Shown here: in pieces, positions 28,650 through 38,647 of the stretch | Position numbering within the stretch: position 1 is the first letter of the stretch | How the letters are laid out: every line of letters begins with the position of its first letter | Virus record (IMG/VR): IMGVR_UViG_3300018475_000011 | Coordinates: 24,000 to 87,999 of that record | DNA length: 64,000 bases | Direction: 5' to 3' (one strand) | Source of the DNA: a virus | Taxonomy: Duplodnaviria > Caudoviricetes | Position numbers and translations under genes: made by a program | The notes under the pieces: model-generated | Databases searched by the model: none | What the model was told of the DNA's origin: nothing | Seen by the model: only the letters and a program-made list of their open reading frames with translations

Positions 28650-29054
28650 ATGGCAAATAAACACTATCAATATTTTCAGCCCAATAAAAAGGACTTAAAA
28701 GACGAATACGGCGATTGCGTAATTAGGTCATTTGTGAAGGCTACGGAATTGACATGGTTACAAATATTCGATGAATTACACCCGATATCACGGGAGCTTC
28801 AAGTGCCATTTAATTGCCGTCCGTGTTATGAAAAATATCTTGACGGGAAAGGATATACATATTACGGTATAAGTAATAAAAAAGGAACGAAGCGACCGAC
28901 GGTGCTTTCATTTGCAAAGGAACACAAGACGGGAACTTACATATTAAGAGTAGCACATCATCTTGTGACCGTTGTAAATGGGATTTATTACGATACATGG
29001 GATTGCGGAAGCAAATCTCTGTATGGGTATTGGGAAGTCGTGAAAGGAGAATGA
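28650..29054 (+). CDS. hypothetical protein, possible Cys-His-Asp fold
   Basis: GDCVIRS..AHHLVTVVNGIYYDTWD. Confidence 0.65.
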   Translation: MANKHYQYFQPNKKDLKDEYGDCVIRSFVKATELTWLQIFDELHPISRELQVPFNCRPCYEKYLDGKGYTYYGISNKKGTKRPTVLSFAKEHKTGTYILRVAHHLVTVVNGIYYDTWDCGSKSLYGYWEVVKGE

Positions 29055-29057
29055 GCC

Positions 29058-29306
29058 ATGATGAACTTTATTAATAACCTTTTTAATAAGAAAAGGGAAG
29101 AAAGCAACCAAAGGGAATATAACATTACCGTTGTATTAAAGGGGGAAACGGAGCGACGCATCAACGCTACGAATTGGCTATATGAAATTCCCAAAACCAA
29201 TGAAATATTACAATATAACGGTATCAGATACCGCATTACAAGAATTGTGCATCATTATAAGGAAGGATTTAAGCCTTATATCGAAATCGAAGGAAGTGAA
29301 ATCTAA
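29058..29306 (+). CDS. hypothetical protein
   Basis: AAGGAG SD. Confidence 0.55.
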   Translation: MMNFINNLFNKKREESNQREYNITVVLKGETERRINATNWLYEIPKTNEILQYNGIRYRITRIVHHYKEGFKPYIEIEGSEI

Positions 29307-29330
29307 AATATCATATAATAAGGAAAAAAC

Positions 29331-29552
29331 ATGGAAAATAAGCATTTGAAACTAAAAAACAGATTGCGGGAATATCGGCAAGAGAAGGGCTTGACCCAAC
29401 AAGAGCTTGCGGAAATGGTGGGAGCGTCCCGCAACACTATTGTTGCCATAGAGAACCGAAAGTTTTGTCCTTCTGCATACTTGGCTATTTGTCTATGCGA
29501 AGTGTTCAAATGCAAGTTTGAAGATATGTTTTTCCTTGGCAAATCCGAATGA
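29331..29552 (+). CDS. XRE-family HTH regulator
   Basis: NRLREYRQEKGLTQQELAEMVGASRNTIVAIEN..PS. Confidence 0.9.
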   Translation: MENKHLKLKNRLREYRQEKGLTQQELAEMVGASRNTIVAIENRKFCPSAYLAICLCEVFKCKFEDMFFLGKSE

Positions 29553-29572
29553 TAAACAGATAGGAGAGAAAA

Positions 29573-29992
29573 ATGCAATTTGTTAATAAGGAAGCGTTAC
29601 CCCAAAGCATTGTTGATGTGATTGATAAGGACGACTACGTTGGATATGTTAGAGTGTATTATAGTGGCGGGCGGTATGGTTCAAGATTGTTTTTTAAGGA
29701 TAGTGCAAACGGAACAATAGATAAAATAAAGGAAGCTGAAAAGCGGGGAATGGAAAGATATACTCCCGAATTAAAGAGTGCATTACAATCTGTATGTGAA
29801 ACTCTTTTTGAAGAAAGCAATCCGACGGGAAGATATGAATTATATGATTTTTGCGAAAAAAATCAATTCGACAAGACCGAAGCGGGTTGGATAGGATATT
29901 GTTACTTAGCACATTCAGCGTTTTTAATTAGTGTATCAAAGGACGATGATTATTTCTGTCGGGTATATTTTTATGACAGAGAGAATCAGTAG
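29573..29992 (+). CDS. hypothetical protein
   Basis: AGGAG SD. Confidence 0.65.
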   Translation: MQFVNKEALPQSIVDVIDKDDYVGYVRVYYSGGRYGSRLFFKDSANGTIDKIKEAEKRGMERYTPELKSALQSVCETLFEESNPTGRYELYDFCEKNQFDKTEAGWIGYCYLAHSAFLISVSKDDDYFCRVYFYDRENQ

Positions 29993-30007
29993 GAAGGAAG
30001 CGAAGAA

Positions 30008-30427
30008 ATGAAAGACCGTAATTTGCTTATATCCCGATTAAAAGAAGTCGGGGAAAACATCGCTAAAGAGCGTGGCATAACCCAAAAAGACGTTAAAGTA
30101 AAAGATAAGTTGGGCGTATGGGGAGCAGACGCATTGAAACACCTTGAAAAAGAGCATGGGGATTGTTCCGAAGAAATAACATGGATTGATGATAACGGGC
30201 AGAAAGTAGAGTTTCGTTACAGATTTTCAGACCCCGTTTTATCAGTTCTATATAAGGGCGACAACGGACAAGAAATCATGGCAAGCATAGAATACAGCAA
30301 TTTCAACCACATTACAAAGGAATACGACAGCGAATTTGCCGAACATGAATATATGGTATGGGGTGGTAGAAAAGGCATCGAACTATTAAATGATTTGCTT
30401 GAAAAATGCAAAAATGTATTGGATTGA
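30008..30427 (+). CDS. hypothetical protein
   Basis: AGGAAGG SD. Confidence 0.65.
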   Translation: MKDRNLLISRLKEVGENIAKERGITQKDVKVKDKLGVWGADALKHLEKEHGDCSEEITWIDDNGQKVEFRYRFSDPVLSVLYKGDNGQEIMASIEYSNFNHITKEYDSEFAEHEYMVWGGRKGIELLNDLLEKCKNVLD

Positions 30428-30431
30428 TAGT

Positions 30432-30460
30432 AAAGGGCAAGTGAAAACTTGCTCTTTTAT
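30432..30460 (+). terminator. intrinsic terminator
   Basis: GGGCAAGT-gaaa-ACTTGCTC then T run. Confidence 0.75.
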
Positions 30461-30483
30461 TTTGCAAAATATGTAATAATGTG

Positions 30484-30512
30484 TTGACAAATGCGTTACG
30501 ATATGCTATTAT
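30484..30512 (+). promoter_or_regulatory. CGTTAC-class promoter 4
   Basis: TTGACA aatgCGTTACgatatgc TATTAT. Confidence 0.8.
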
Positions 30513-30559
30513 ATAATTAACAACCAACCAATAAAATCGAATAAAGGAGATATTAAATT

Positions 30560-30877
30560 ATGGAAGTATTATCATTAGTGTTAGGATTAACAATGAGTTT
30601 TTCAAAGGCGATTATCGTGGAATATTGCAGAATTAGTCGCCGTCTAAATGAATTTATCTGTATGGTTAATGCGGTGGTTAGCATGGCACTTCTTTTTTTG
30701 AACAGAACAATGGAAACAGACAGCTTTGTATGCGGTTTGCTATTTGCCGTTAGTTTCTTTAGCGTATCGGAGATTGTAACAAGCGTTGTAGAAGATGCCC
30801 GCCGTAGAGAAGCAAAGGAATTACGTCAACGAAAAGAACGTATGCAGATACAAAGAGAATACAGAAAGGCAAGCTAA
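30560..30877 (+). CDS. membrane protein
   Basis: three hydrophobic segments; leader complementary to the sRNA. Confidence 0.65.
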   Translation: MEVLSLVLGLTMSFSKAIIVEYCRISRRLNEFICMVNAVVSMALLFLNRTMETDSFVCGLLFAVSFFSVSEIVTSVVEDARRREAKELRQRKERMQIQREYRKAS

Positions 30878-30891
30878 AGGGGGACAATGAT

Positions 30892-31431
30892 ATGAGCGAA
30901 TTAAGTGCAAGAGAACAAATTAGAGCTTTCATGGGGAGCGAAACCCATTTATCCGAAAGGGAAATCAAGGTAATCGGGGATTTGCTCGAAGTTGATACAA
31001 TAGACGGAATGGAAATTGCAAAGGACTTTGATATTGCCGTAAACAATTTTTGCTTGAATGCAGACTTGTTCGGACGTTCTATTTCAAAAATCGAAAGCGA
31101 TGATATCCATGAATTTATTAAATATATGATATTTACATATATTCATCTTTCCGCAAAATGTTATCGGGCGGGAAGATACGATTTGCGTAATGAAGATGCT
31201 TGTAGAAACGCCAATATGATTGCTAACGTATGGACGGAATTGGAATCAGCTCTTTCTTCCGAAATGCGTAACAAAGCCGAAGCGATTGCAAACTATTGGA
31301 GTATTCATACGCATAGAACTTTACAACAATCTCTTATGAGAGTATTGTTCTGTTATATTAAAAATAGAACAGACAAAGAATATGCAGAAATCAGCGACAT
31401 TGTTGCAGATGCAAGCATGAGATTTATATAG
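30892..31431 (+). CDS. hypothetical protein
   Basis: GGGGGACA SD. Confidence 0.65.
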   Translation: MSELSAREQIRAFMGSETHLSEREIKVIGDLLEVDTIDGMEIAKDFDIAVNNFCLNADLFGRSISKIESDDIHEFIKYMIFTYIHLSAKCYRAGRYDLRNEDACRNANMIANVWTELESALSSEMRNKAEAIANYWSIHTHRTLQQSLMRVLFCYIKNRTDKEYAEISDIVADASMRFI

Positions 31432-31447
31432 AAGGGAGCGTGATAAT

Positions 31448-31657
31448 ATGGGATATGGTCACTTACGGGACATGGTAAAAATCATTTCTGCTGACGAAGA
31501 AACCGAATACCGTAACGGAACTTGCATTGTTACAGAAGCAAATAAGTTTTTTGCGGAGTGTAATACCAATGGCAATCAGATAAAAGACGTACAGTATTTT
31601 GCCGATGCAAAAGGTATCGTTAGGAGTATTGTTATTCGATATTCTGTGGTTATATAA
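31448..31657 (+). CDS. hypothetical protein
   Basis: GGGAG SD. Confidence 0.55.
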   Translation: MGYGHLRDMVKIISADEETEYRNGTCIVTEANKFFAECNTNGNQIKDVQYFADAKGIVRSIVIRYSVVI

Positions 31658-31660
31658 AGA

Positions 31661-31697
31661 AAAGGCAACCTTCTCATTAAGAGTGGGTTGTTTTTTT
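31661..31697 (+). terminator. intrinsic terminator
   Basis: GCAACC..GGTTGT hairpin then T run. Confidence 0.65.
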
Positions 31698-31716
31698 ATA
31701 AAATACATTAAGTGTG

Positions 31717-31745
31717 TTGACAAGTGCGTTACGCAATGTTATAAT
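31717..31745 (+). promoter_or_regulatory. CGTTAC-class promoter 5
   Basis: TTGACA agtgCGTTACgcaatgt TATAAT. Confidence 0.85.
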
Positions 31746-31813
31746 ATAATAAACACAATCAATACTAATCGGGCAAAGAAATAGCGGTACGGAAAGGAGA
31801 ATATGGATAGAAG

Positions 31814-32065
31814 ATGAAGAATGAAATGCAGACTAAAACATTGTATCGGGTGTCTGAATTAGCAAAGATATTGGGCTTAAAATCAAAAGCGTTTCGTGAA
31901 ATAAATGAAAAAGAAGGTAACCCATTGGGATTAGTCGGAAACGACAAGGTGCATATTGCCGACATTGATACATGGGTGGAAGAATGGAAACGTAAGCACG
32001 ATACAAAAGAGTATTATGCCGATAAAATATTTGAATTGGCAAAACAGAGAAATTCTATTAAATAA
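31814..32065 (+). CDS. small protein, possible excisionase/MerR-type HTH
   Basis: LYRVSELAKILG. Confidence 0.45.
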   Translation: MKNEMQTKTLYRVSELAKILGLKSKAFREINEKEGNPLGLVGNDKVHIADIDTWVEEWKRKHDTKEYYADKIFELAKQRNSIK

Positions 32066-32077
32066 GGAGATAAGGCA

Positions 32078-32569
32078 ATGCTTATAGGCGTAAAAGAAGT
32101 GGGAAAGCCATTACAATTTGTTCAAACAGAAGAAAAATATCGGTCTGATTGTTGCAAGAAACATATCGGGCTTGACATTGATAACGATAGGTGCGATTTT
32201 GTTGGATTAAGTCAAGACGGTCTTTTCTTAGCCGTAGACGAAGAAGGTCTTTTGAAAAATAGCCCGACAAATTTTTATCTTGAAATGCAAAATCCACAAT
32301 ATCCAATTCAAAAAATGGTGGGTACGGGCGTTTTTGTTCGCATTAAGCCCGTAAACATATATGAAGAAGAAATATGGGATTACGAAGTTACTGATTTGAC
32401 ACAAGCTGATATGGCATTTATATTGACGTTATTAAATGACCGATATCAAAACGAATTAAGTAAAAACTTCAAAGATTATACGTTTGGAAGTATGCCAATA
32501 CAGTTTCAAACATTTAATGATGATGATGATTTCTTTGAGTTTTTATCAAAAATAACGGGGGGAAGATAG
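32078..32569 (+). CDS. hypothetical protein
   Basis: AAGGAG SD. Confidence 0.65.
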   Translation: MLIGVKEVGKPLQFVQTEEKYRSDCCKKHIGLDIDNDRCDFVGLSQDGLFLAVDEEGLLKNSPTNFYLEMQNPQYPIQKMVGTGVFVRIKPVNIYEEEIWDYEVTDLTQADMAFILTLLNDRYQNELSKNFKDYTFGSMPIQFQTFNDDDDFFEFLSKITGGR

Positions 32570-32577
32570 AAATAGTT

Positions 32578-33312
32578 ATGAAAAAACAACACACACCAAA
32601 TAAAACCAACTTGGAAGGCGTAAAAGAGATTGCAAAATTATTGTATATGGCTGTGGAAATTAAGCCAAACGAAATTGTACCCTTTATTGTAAACCACCCT
32701 TTCATCGAAAGTACCCATGTTCAAATAGAAGGCAAGGGATTTGACCTTTTAGATATTACAAAGGAAGAAAATGCAAAAATGGCACAAGAGATGTGGTTTC
32801 GTCGATTTGACGAAGCAACGTCCATACACGACATAACTTGTCATGTGTCAAAGCCATATAGATTGACTTTTTTGAAGTATGCAAAAGAGTATTTATCATT
32901 GGCTGACTTTTCATCATATCTTGCAGAATCTTGGGTTACAAGCGAAAACGGAAACAACGATGTTAATTGTTCGTTAAAAGAGATTGTGTCATGGTTTAGA
33001 AAGGCTGATAAAAAAGCTCTTATGGGCGAAGAAGATTACGAAATATATAATAATTTCCCCGAAACATTTACCGTATATCGTGGCGTGGCTGTGGGGCGTG
33101 TAAAAAACGGGTTGTCATGGACTAGAAATCTCAAAACAGCTCAATGGTTTGCAAATCGTTGGGGAAAGAAAGGATATATTCAAAAAGCAGAAATATCCAA
33201 AGAAAATGCTCTTGCGTACTTAAATAGTCGTGGGGAAGATGAAGTCGTAGTGGACGTATTTGCGATTAAAAATAATATAGTTCGCATGGAAGCGGAAGGA
33301 GATGCAGAATAA
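32578..33312 (+). CDS. putative R-S-E type ADP-ribosyltransferase-fold protein
   Basis: TVYRG..GLSWT..RGEDEVVV in C-terminal half. Confidence 0.6.
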   Translation: MKKQHTPNKTNLEGVKEIAKLLYMAVEIKPNEIVPFIVNHPFIESTHVQIEGKGFDLLDITKEENAKMAQEMWFRRFDEATSIHDITCHVSKPYRLTFLKYAKEYLSLADFSSYLAESWVTSENGNNDVNCSLKEIVSWFRKADKKALMGEEDYEIYNNFPETFTVYRGVAVGRVKNGLSWTRNLKTAQWFANRWGKKGYIQKAEISKENALAYLNSRGEDEVVVDVFAIKNNIVRMEAEGDAE

Positions 33313-33578
33313 TGGCTGATATGGAGAAAATGAACAAATATGTGAAGATTGCCGAAAGAGCTGAAAAGTCGGGAATGTATGTAATGGATAGGTTGAGCGT
33401 CCTTATGGATATAGAGAGTGCGGATTTGCGTTTCAATATCCGTCTTGATGATTGGCTCAATGCCGATGATGAAAATTTCTTCCATGATTTTACGGGCATT
33501 GTCACGAACATCGAAAGAACAAAATTTCCCGCAACGGAATTTAATCTGTTCGTGCCAAGATTTGCGGGAGAAGAATAA
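33312..33578 (+). CDS. hypothetical protein
   Basis: coupled ORF. Confidence 0.65.
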   Translation: MADMEKMNKYVKIAERAEKSGMYVMDRLSVLMDIESADLRFNIRLDDWLNADDENFFHDFTGIVTNIERTKFPATEFNLFVPRFAGEE

Positions 33579-34060
33579 TGAAACGTATTGAAACAATGAT
33601 AATTGAGAAGGTTCTTTTGGCATCGTGCTTTGGCTCAAACCCCAAACTCGCAAAAGAATACGGAACGACGGAAGTTACTATTGATTTTCAAAGAAACGGT
33701 AACGGAAAAGAGATTGTTGACTTTATGAGCTATAATCCCAAAGATGATATTGTAAAATGTTATGAAATCAAAGTGACAATGCAAGATTTTAATAGCAATG
33801 CAAAAAAATCATGGTACGGCAACTATAATTATTTGGTGTTGTCTGCGGAATTATATAATGAGCAATCGCTTGAATTTTGGAAAGAAAAAACTCCCGTTAC
33901 CGTAGGAATTATTGTGATAAATACGGAAACAACAGTAAAAATGTGCGTGAAACGTGCAAAATTTATTTGTTGCTCCATGGATAAAAGTGCGTTGAAAGAT
34001 AGCCTTATCCGAACATTATTTTATCAAAATCAAAAAGACGATTGGTATTTAAGAAAATAG
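33578..34060 (+). CDS. PD-(D/E)XK nuclease-like protein (MmcB-like)
   Basis: EV..IVDFM..CYEIKVTMQDF. Confidence 0.6.
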   Translation: MKRIETMIIEKVLLASCFGSNPKLAKEYGTTEVTIDFQRNGNGKEIVDFMSYNPKDDIVKCYEIKVTMQDFNSNAKKSWYGNYNYLVLSAELYNEQSLEFWKEKTPVTVGIIVINTETTVKMCVKRAKFICCSMDKSALKDSLIRTLFYQNQKDDWYLRK

Positions 34061-34066
34061 AAACAC

Positions 34067-34099
34067 AAGGGTCATTTGGTTAATTCCGAATGACTTTTT
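34067..34099 (+). terminator. intrinsic terminator
   Basis: GTCATT..AATGAC hairpin then T run. Confidence 0.65.
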
Positions 34100-34122
34100 A
34101 TTTAACAAATTGCAATAATGTG

Positions 34123-34151
34123 TTGACATTATCGTTACGCTATGCTATAAT
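34123..34151 (+). promoter_or_regulatory. CGTTAC-class promoter 6
   Basis: TTGACA ttatCGTTACgctatgc TATAAT. Confidence 0.85.
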
Positions 34152-34179
34152 ATATTTAGACGAAAGGGGTGGCAACAAT

Positions 34180-34449
34180 ATGGCTATGACAGAAAAGCAG
34201 ATAAAAAGACGCATGGACGAAGCATGGGAAAGTCACTATATACAGTACGATATGGAAGCCGAATGGTACGCAACAGATGATTTTCACGAATGGATATGCG
34301 ATATCCCGTCGAAGCAGATAACCGTCAAAATGGTACTGATTGAAGATGCGAAGAGAGTTACCATTTACGAAGCTCCATTGGAGAAACAAAGACGATATGA
34401 TTATGTAAGAGAAACCGAATGGAAAGTACGGGGACATTATAGTTGGTAA
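34180..34449 (+). CDS. hypothetical protein
   Basis: AGGGGTGG SD before ATG 34180. Confidence 0.6.
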   Translation: MAMTEKQIKRRMDEAWESHYIQYDMEAEWYATDDFHEWICDIPSKQITVKMVLIEDAKRVTIYEAPLEKQRRYDYVRETEWKVRGHYSW

Positions 34450-34470
34450 AACAAGGGGGATTAGAGAGTT

Positions 34471-34794
34471 ATGTTGTATGAAATTAGAAAGGCTGATGTG
34501 CAGAATTTCAAAGAGATTACTATATGGAAGCACGCCAACGAAGATATATGGGAAGTACGCCCTAATGATTGGCACATTGGTTCGGATATTCTTATCCTTG
34601 TTGATGAAGAAAGGGTAATGGAGTTCGATTATGAAGGACAGCATTTTTCGATTCTATTGAAGAAGGGATATCCCGAATACTTTACCAAAGAAGAACCATT
34701 TAAGGATATGGGGATTCGCAAGGTGGTGTATTTGCGATTTACAGACGATGATTTTGTAAGCAAACAAATACCTACGTTAATAAGAAAGGGGTAA
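34471..34794 (+). CDS. hypothetical protein
   Basis: co-oriented ORF. Confidence 0.6.
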   Translation: MLYEIRKADVQNFKEITIWKHANEDIWEVRPNDWHIGSDILILVDEERVMEFDYEGQHFSILLKKGYPEYFTKEEPFKDMGIRKVVYLRFTDDDFVSKQIPTLIRKG

Positions 34795-34795
34795 C

Positions 34796-35023
34796 ATGAA
34801 AACATTAAGAGATTTAATGCCGTTCATATCTTATACGGCTGATTTACAGATTATGGAAACAGAAAGGGATTTCAAGAAATACGATTATGTCTTTCCCAAA
34901 TGTGACATTATCAAAAGGAAAACCATTGAAGAACATTATCCCGAATTGCTCGATAGAGAGCTTTCCGACGGCATTCATGGAGAAGGAGTAAGGGACGGCG
35001 TATATATTCACTTATATAAGTAA
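34796..35023 (+). CDS. hypothetical protein
   Basis: coupled; GGGG SD. Confidence 0.55.
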   Translation: MKTLRDLMPFISYTADLQIMETERDFKKYDYVFPKCDIIKRKTIEEHYPELLDRELSDGIHGEGVRDGVYIHLYK

Positions 35024-35034
35024 GGGGGACACAC

Positions 35035-36138
35035 ATGAGAAGAAATAGTAACTCAAACGATGTAGATTTAGCTTTGAAATGGGTAAAAGGATTGACCGAA
35101 GATATGGGGGCATTGGAAAAGCTCGTTTCCGTTCCTAGTCCCGAAGATATAAGAAAGCTCTTTTTGATAGATGCTTCTACAACGCTTGAAGAATCAGCAG
35201 AGTTGATGAAGAAACATAAAGAGTTTTATAAATTAATGTGCCAAGCAAGAGAATTTGACAAGTCTGCATATACGGAAACCGTTAATGATTTGGACGCAAT
35301 AAGTATGTTGCAAATATGGGCTAGAAATAAGCAGATATTTTCATTTGATGCGGATTTTCTTGCTGAATTGCTTAATACAGATACGCCAACATTTGAAAAG
35401 GATAGTTGGGATTACCTACCCTACAATCCGTTTTACGTTGATTTATCTGATAGCGAAGAGTTAAGTCAAAAAATAGGCAAGGGATTCTTTTTGTATATAG
35501 AAAAAACGGGAAACGATACGTTTATGCCCGAAATGCAAAACAGTTATTACGTTCATTTGTGCCGTGTAACTGATGAAATGTACTTTTGCGATATGTTTTC
35601 ACGCAAGAATACAAGCGGTACGGTGGAAATTAATAAAGACGCAACCGTAGTCGTTCCCACTATGGCAATGGATAAAAAACACGGCGAAATGTTTTCGATA
35701 GAAGATATTAAAACGGGCGAAGCTACATTGAGTAGCGGTTTATATGATTTGTTGGTTATGCAAATTCTTACCTATTTATCAAGCCTTGAACCCGATATTA
35801 AGGAAAACAGTATTACAAAAAATACATACAGAAAGCCGAAAACAGATTCCAAGCCAAAGAATAAGTTTTCGGAAGTGCAAAAATGGAATGTCGGAGAATC
35901 GTTTGGCGTTTCTTATAGGAAATGGGAAAAGGAACGCTCTGCGTCCCATGGCGGTCATGGTGGCGGTAGTGGAGCAAGCGGAGTTAAGAAGCGTCCACAT
36001 TCCCGTAAAGCCCATTGGTCGCATTATTGGTATGGAAGTGGCGACAACAAAGTGCGTCGCCCTAAGTGGATATCGGCAACCTTTGTTAATGCAAGTGATA
36101 CGGAAATGAAAGTAACAGTAAATACAGTTAGTAAATAA
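35035..36138 (+). CDS. hypothetical protein with basic His/Trp-rich C-terminus
   Basis: 367 aa; KRPHSRKAHWSHYWYG..WISATFV. Confidence 0.75.
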   Translation: MRRNSNSNDVDLALKWVKGLTEDMGALEKLVSVPSPEDIRKLFLIDASTTLEESAELMKKHKEFYKLMCQAREFDKSAYTETVNDLDAISMLQIWARNKQIFSFDADFLAELLNTDTPTFEKDSWDYLPYNPFYVDLSDSEELSQKIGKGFFLYIEKTGNDTFMPEMQNSYYVHLCRVTDEMYFCDMFSRKNTSGTVEINKDATVVVPTMAMDKKHGEMFSIEDIKTGEATLSSGLYDLLVMQILTYLSSLEPDIKENSITKNTYRKPKTDSKPKNKFSEVQKWNVGESFGVSYRKWEKERSASHGGHGGGSGASGVKKRPHSRKAHWSHYWYGSGDNKVRRPKWISATFVNASDTEMKVTVNTVSK

Positions 36139-36140
36139 GC

Positions 36141-36172
36141 AAAAGCTACCCTTTTTTTAGGGTGGCTTTTTT
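36141..36172 (+). terminator. intrinsic terminator
   Basis: AGCTACCCT..AGGGTGGCT then T run. Confidence 0.8.
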
Positions 36173-36193
36173 ATTTTAATATGCAATTATGTG

Positions 36194-36222
36194 TTGACAT
36201 TATCGTTACGCTATGTTATAAT
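36194..36222 (+). promoter_or_regulatory. CGTTAC-class promoter 7
   Basis: TTGACA ttatCGTTACgctatgt TATAAT. Confidence 0.85.
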
Positions 36223-36234
36223 ATATTTAGATGA

Positions 36235-36623
<389 letters not shown>

Positions 36624-36624
<1 letters not shown>

Positions 36625-36854
36625 TGAGTTGGGAAGAAATTAAAAAGGATTTAATCAAAAGAAATTATAAATTTGATACTAACAATGTATTTGCTAGGAT
36701 TTGGTGCGATACAGAAGAAGATGCAAAAGATATTCAATCATATTTAACAAGATTTTACTTTTATAAAGAAGTTGGGGAATATGGTTGGGAAAATGTGTAT
36801 GATTATGATACCGACCATTCATTTACGGTTTGCGTAATCGGATTGGAAATGTAA
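36624..36854 (+). CDS. hypothetical protein
   Basis: TAATG coupling. Confidence 0.55.
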
Positions 36855-36876
36855 AGAAAACAAAAGGAGATTCATT

Positions 36877-37080
36877 ATGGCAAAGATAATCGCATTATTG
36901 CATTACAAAAAACCTTTAACCCAAGGTGCAGATTACGCTACTGTATCTGAAAGAGAATATCCCAAAAAGGATTTGTATAAATTCTACTCAAAGGATAATT
37001 TACCGCAAAAATATAGAAAAGTAATAGAAAGACCTTGCGATAAAGATGCAAATAATATTGAGAAATGGTATTTTGAGTAA
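36877..37080 (+). CDS. hypothetical protein
   Basis: AAGGAG SD. Confidence 0.55.
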   Translation: MAKIIALLHYKKPLTQGADYATVSEREYPKKDLYKFYSKDNLPQKYRKVIERPCDKDANNIEKWYFE

Positions 37081-37127
37081 CCAAAACCGATTCCACATTT
37101 TATTTAAGAAAAGGAGATTAAGAAGAA

Positions 37128-37319
37128 ATGGAAAGAGAAAATCATTTTTATATAGAAACATTTGACGAAGAAATCAATATGCGTGTTCAGTTTCATTATT
37201 GGACGGAAGCGGATAAGTTTTATTCAAGTACAGAATTGGAAAATGGCACAACGGCGTGGCAAGGAGAGATAAGCGAAGATTCGTTTGTAAGTGCATTAGA
37301 AACATTGCATAACGCATAA
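37128..37319 (+). CDS. hypothetical protein
   Basis: AAGGAG SD. Confidence 0.55.
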   Translation: MERENHFYIETFDEEINMRVQFHYWTEADKFYSSTELENGTTAWQGEISEDSFVSALETLHNA

Positions 37320-37345
37320 ATGGTACACATCTGAAAGGAAATAGT

Positions 37346-37534
37346 ATGGCGATAGCAACAGAAATGTATTGCGACGGGTGCGGAGCATTACGACATTATA
37401 GCGGTAGCGTAGGCAAAGTCCTTATGGAGCGAATGGCAAGGAAAGACGGTTGGCAAATTGGAAAATATCATCTTTGCCAAGAGTGTAAAGCCAAAGGCGT
37501 AAATTGCCTAAAAAAAGAAGGGTGGATAAAATAA
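37346..37534 (+). CDS. small Zn-finger-like protein
   Basis: CDGC..CQEC. Confidence 0.55.
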   Translation: MAIATEMYCDGCGALRHYSGSVGKVLMERMARKDGWQIGKYHLCQECKAKGVNCLKKEGWIK

Positions 37535-37535
37535 A

Positions 37536-38216
37536 GTGTTCAATAAGGAGTGGATAAAAAACGTAAAAATAAAAGAAGATAGGGTAATTGCTAAACTATA
37601 TGATAATACAAAAACATTTAAGGGTTCAGTTGTTATTCCTACGGCATATTACCCATTGTGTAACAATGAAATAAGAGTATTTCATGCTGATAATTGCAAG
37701 GAAATAACCGACGAAAAGATACTTTCCATATTGGATAAGGTAGAGTACAAGGTGGGGCATTGTTATACAAATAGCGAAGAATTATGTAGATTGTTAAAGG
37801 AAGCGGGATATGATGCGAAAACATATTCGGGGTGGTTCTTTATTTGTGAAAGCGAATATCCCGTACATCACGCATGGGTAGTAGTGGGCGACAGCGTAAT
37901 AGATTTAACCGACGATTTTACAATGATGTGTTCGGATAGCGATAAATGGAGCGGTATTGGGTCAAAAGAAAAATGGGGTCAACAAATGGTTGATTTCTAT
38001 AAGGAAATAAATGATAAGCAGATACCTAATAGCGTAAGAATAGCTCCCGTAGGCGTGCCGACAAGCTCGTTTTTATATGTAGGGTGCGAAAGCAATCCAT
38101 TACAAGCAAAAATGCTGTGGAATGACTTAATGGCGACATATCCAAACCATACAACACGGCGACATAACTCAAAGGGGATAACCCCGACGCAACAATATGT
38201 AATGCAACGCTTATAA
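37536..38216 (+). CDS. possible papain/transglutaminase-like fold protein
   Basis: GHCYTNS..VHHAWV..VIDLT (Cys-His-Asp order). Confidence 0.5.
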   Translation: MFNKEWIKNVKIKEDRVIAKLYDNTKTFKGSVVIPTAYYPLCNNEIRVFHADNCKEITDEKILSILDKVEYKVGHCYTNSEELCRLLKEAGYDAKTYSGWFFICESEYPVHHAWVVVGDSVIDLTDDFTMMCSDSDKWSGIGSKEKWGQQMVDFYKEINDKQIPNSVRIAPVGVPTSSFLYVGCESNPLQAKMLWNDLMATYPNHTTRRHNSKGITPTQQYVMQRL

Positions 38217-38363
38217 TATGCCAAAATCCCTTGCATATCGTCGATTTGACGGCACTTAAAATGCAAGACGATAAAATATAGGGGTGGCGGTAAAAAGACG
38301 CTAAAAACGGCAAATAAAGGGGCGTGTTAGAAAAAATATTTTAACAAAATATGCAATTATGTG

Positions 38364-38392
38364 TTGACAAATGCGTTACAGTATGTTATTAT
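38364..38392 (+). promoter_or_regulatory. CGTTAC-class promoter 8
   Basis: TTGACA aatgCGTTACagtatgt TATTAT. Confidence 0.8.
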
Positions 38393-38442
38393 ATAATTAA
38401 CAACCAACCAAATACAACTGAATAAAGGGAGATAACGGGAGC

Positions 38443-38610
38443 ATGAGTGAGTACAAGTATGATTGTATAATGAGTTTATGCGAAAAGGAATGGAACGCTA
38501 GATTGGGGGAATCTGACGGTCTGTGGAATACTCAAACAGTTCAGACAAAAAACAAATTCTTTGAGAAGATGTGTCGTGAATTAGAGAGTGAAGAAAGGTG
38601 GAGAGTGTAA
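38443..38610 (+). CDS. 55-aa hypothetical protein (below ORF-track cutoff)
   Basis: first ORF after promoter 8, GGGAG SD; MSEYKYDCIMSLCEKEW.. Confidence 0.5.
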   Translation: MSEYKYDCIMSLCEKEWNARLGESDGLWNTQTVQTKNKFFEKMCRELESEERWRV

Positions 38611-38647
38611 CAACACTCTCCATACATTACAAATAGGGAGATAAGAA

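Noticed and set aside
6962-35023. Frequent C-termini such as KKGE, KGD, EKGE, RKG as a targeting motif
   Set aside because: They are explained by the next gene's AAGGAG/AAGGGG SD overlapping the stop, unlike the DR/ER tails at operon ends.
38217-38340. Single-strand origin or structured RNA in a GC-richer intergenic gap
   Set aside because: I could not find a convincing long hairpin or a repeat of it elsewhere.
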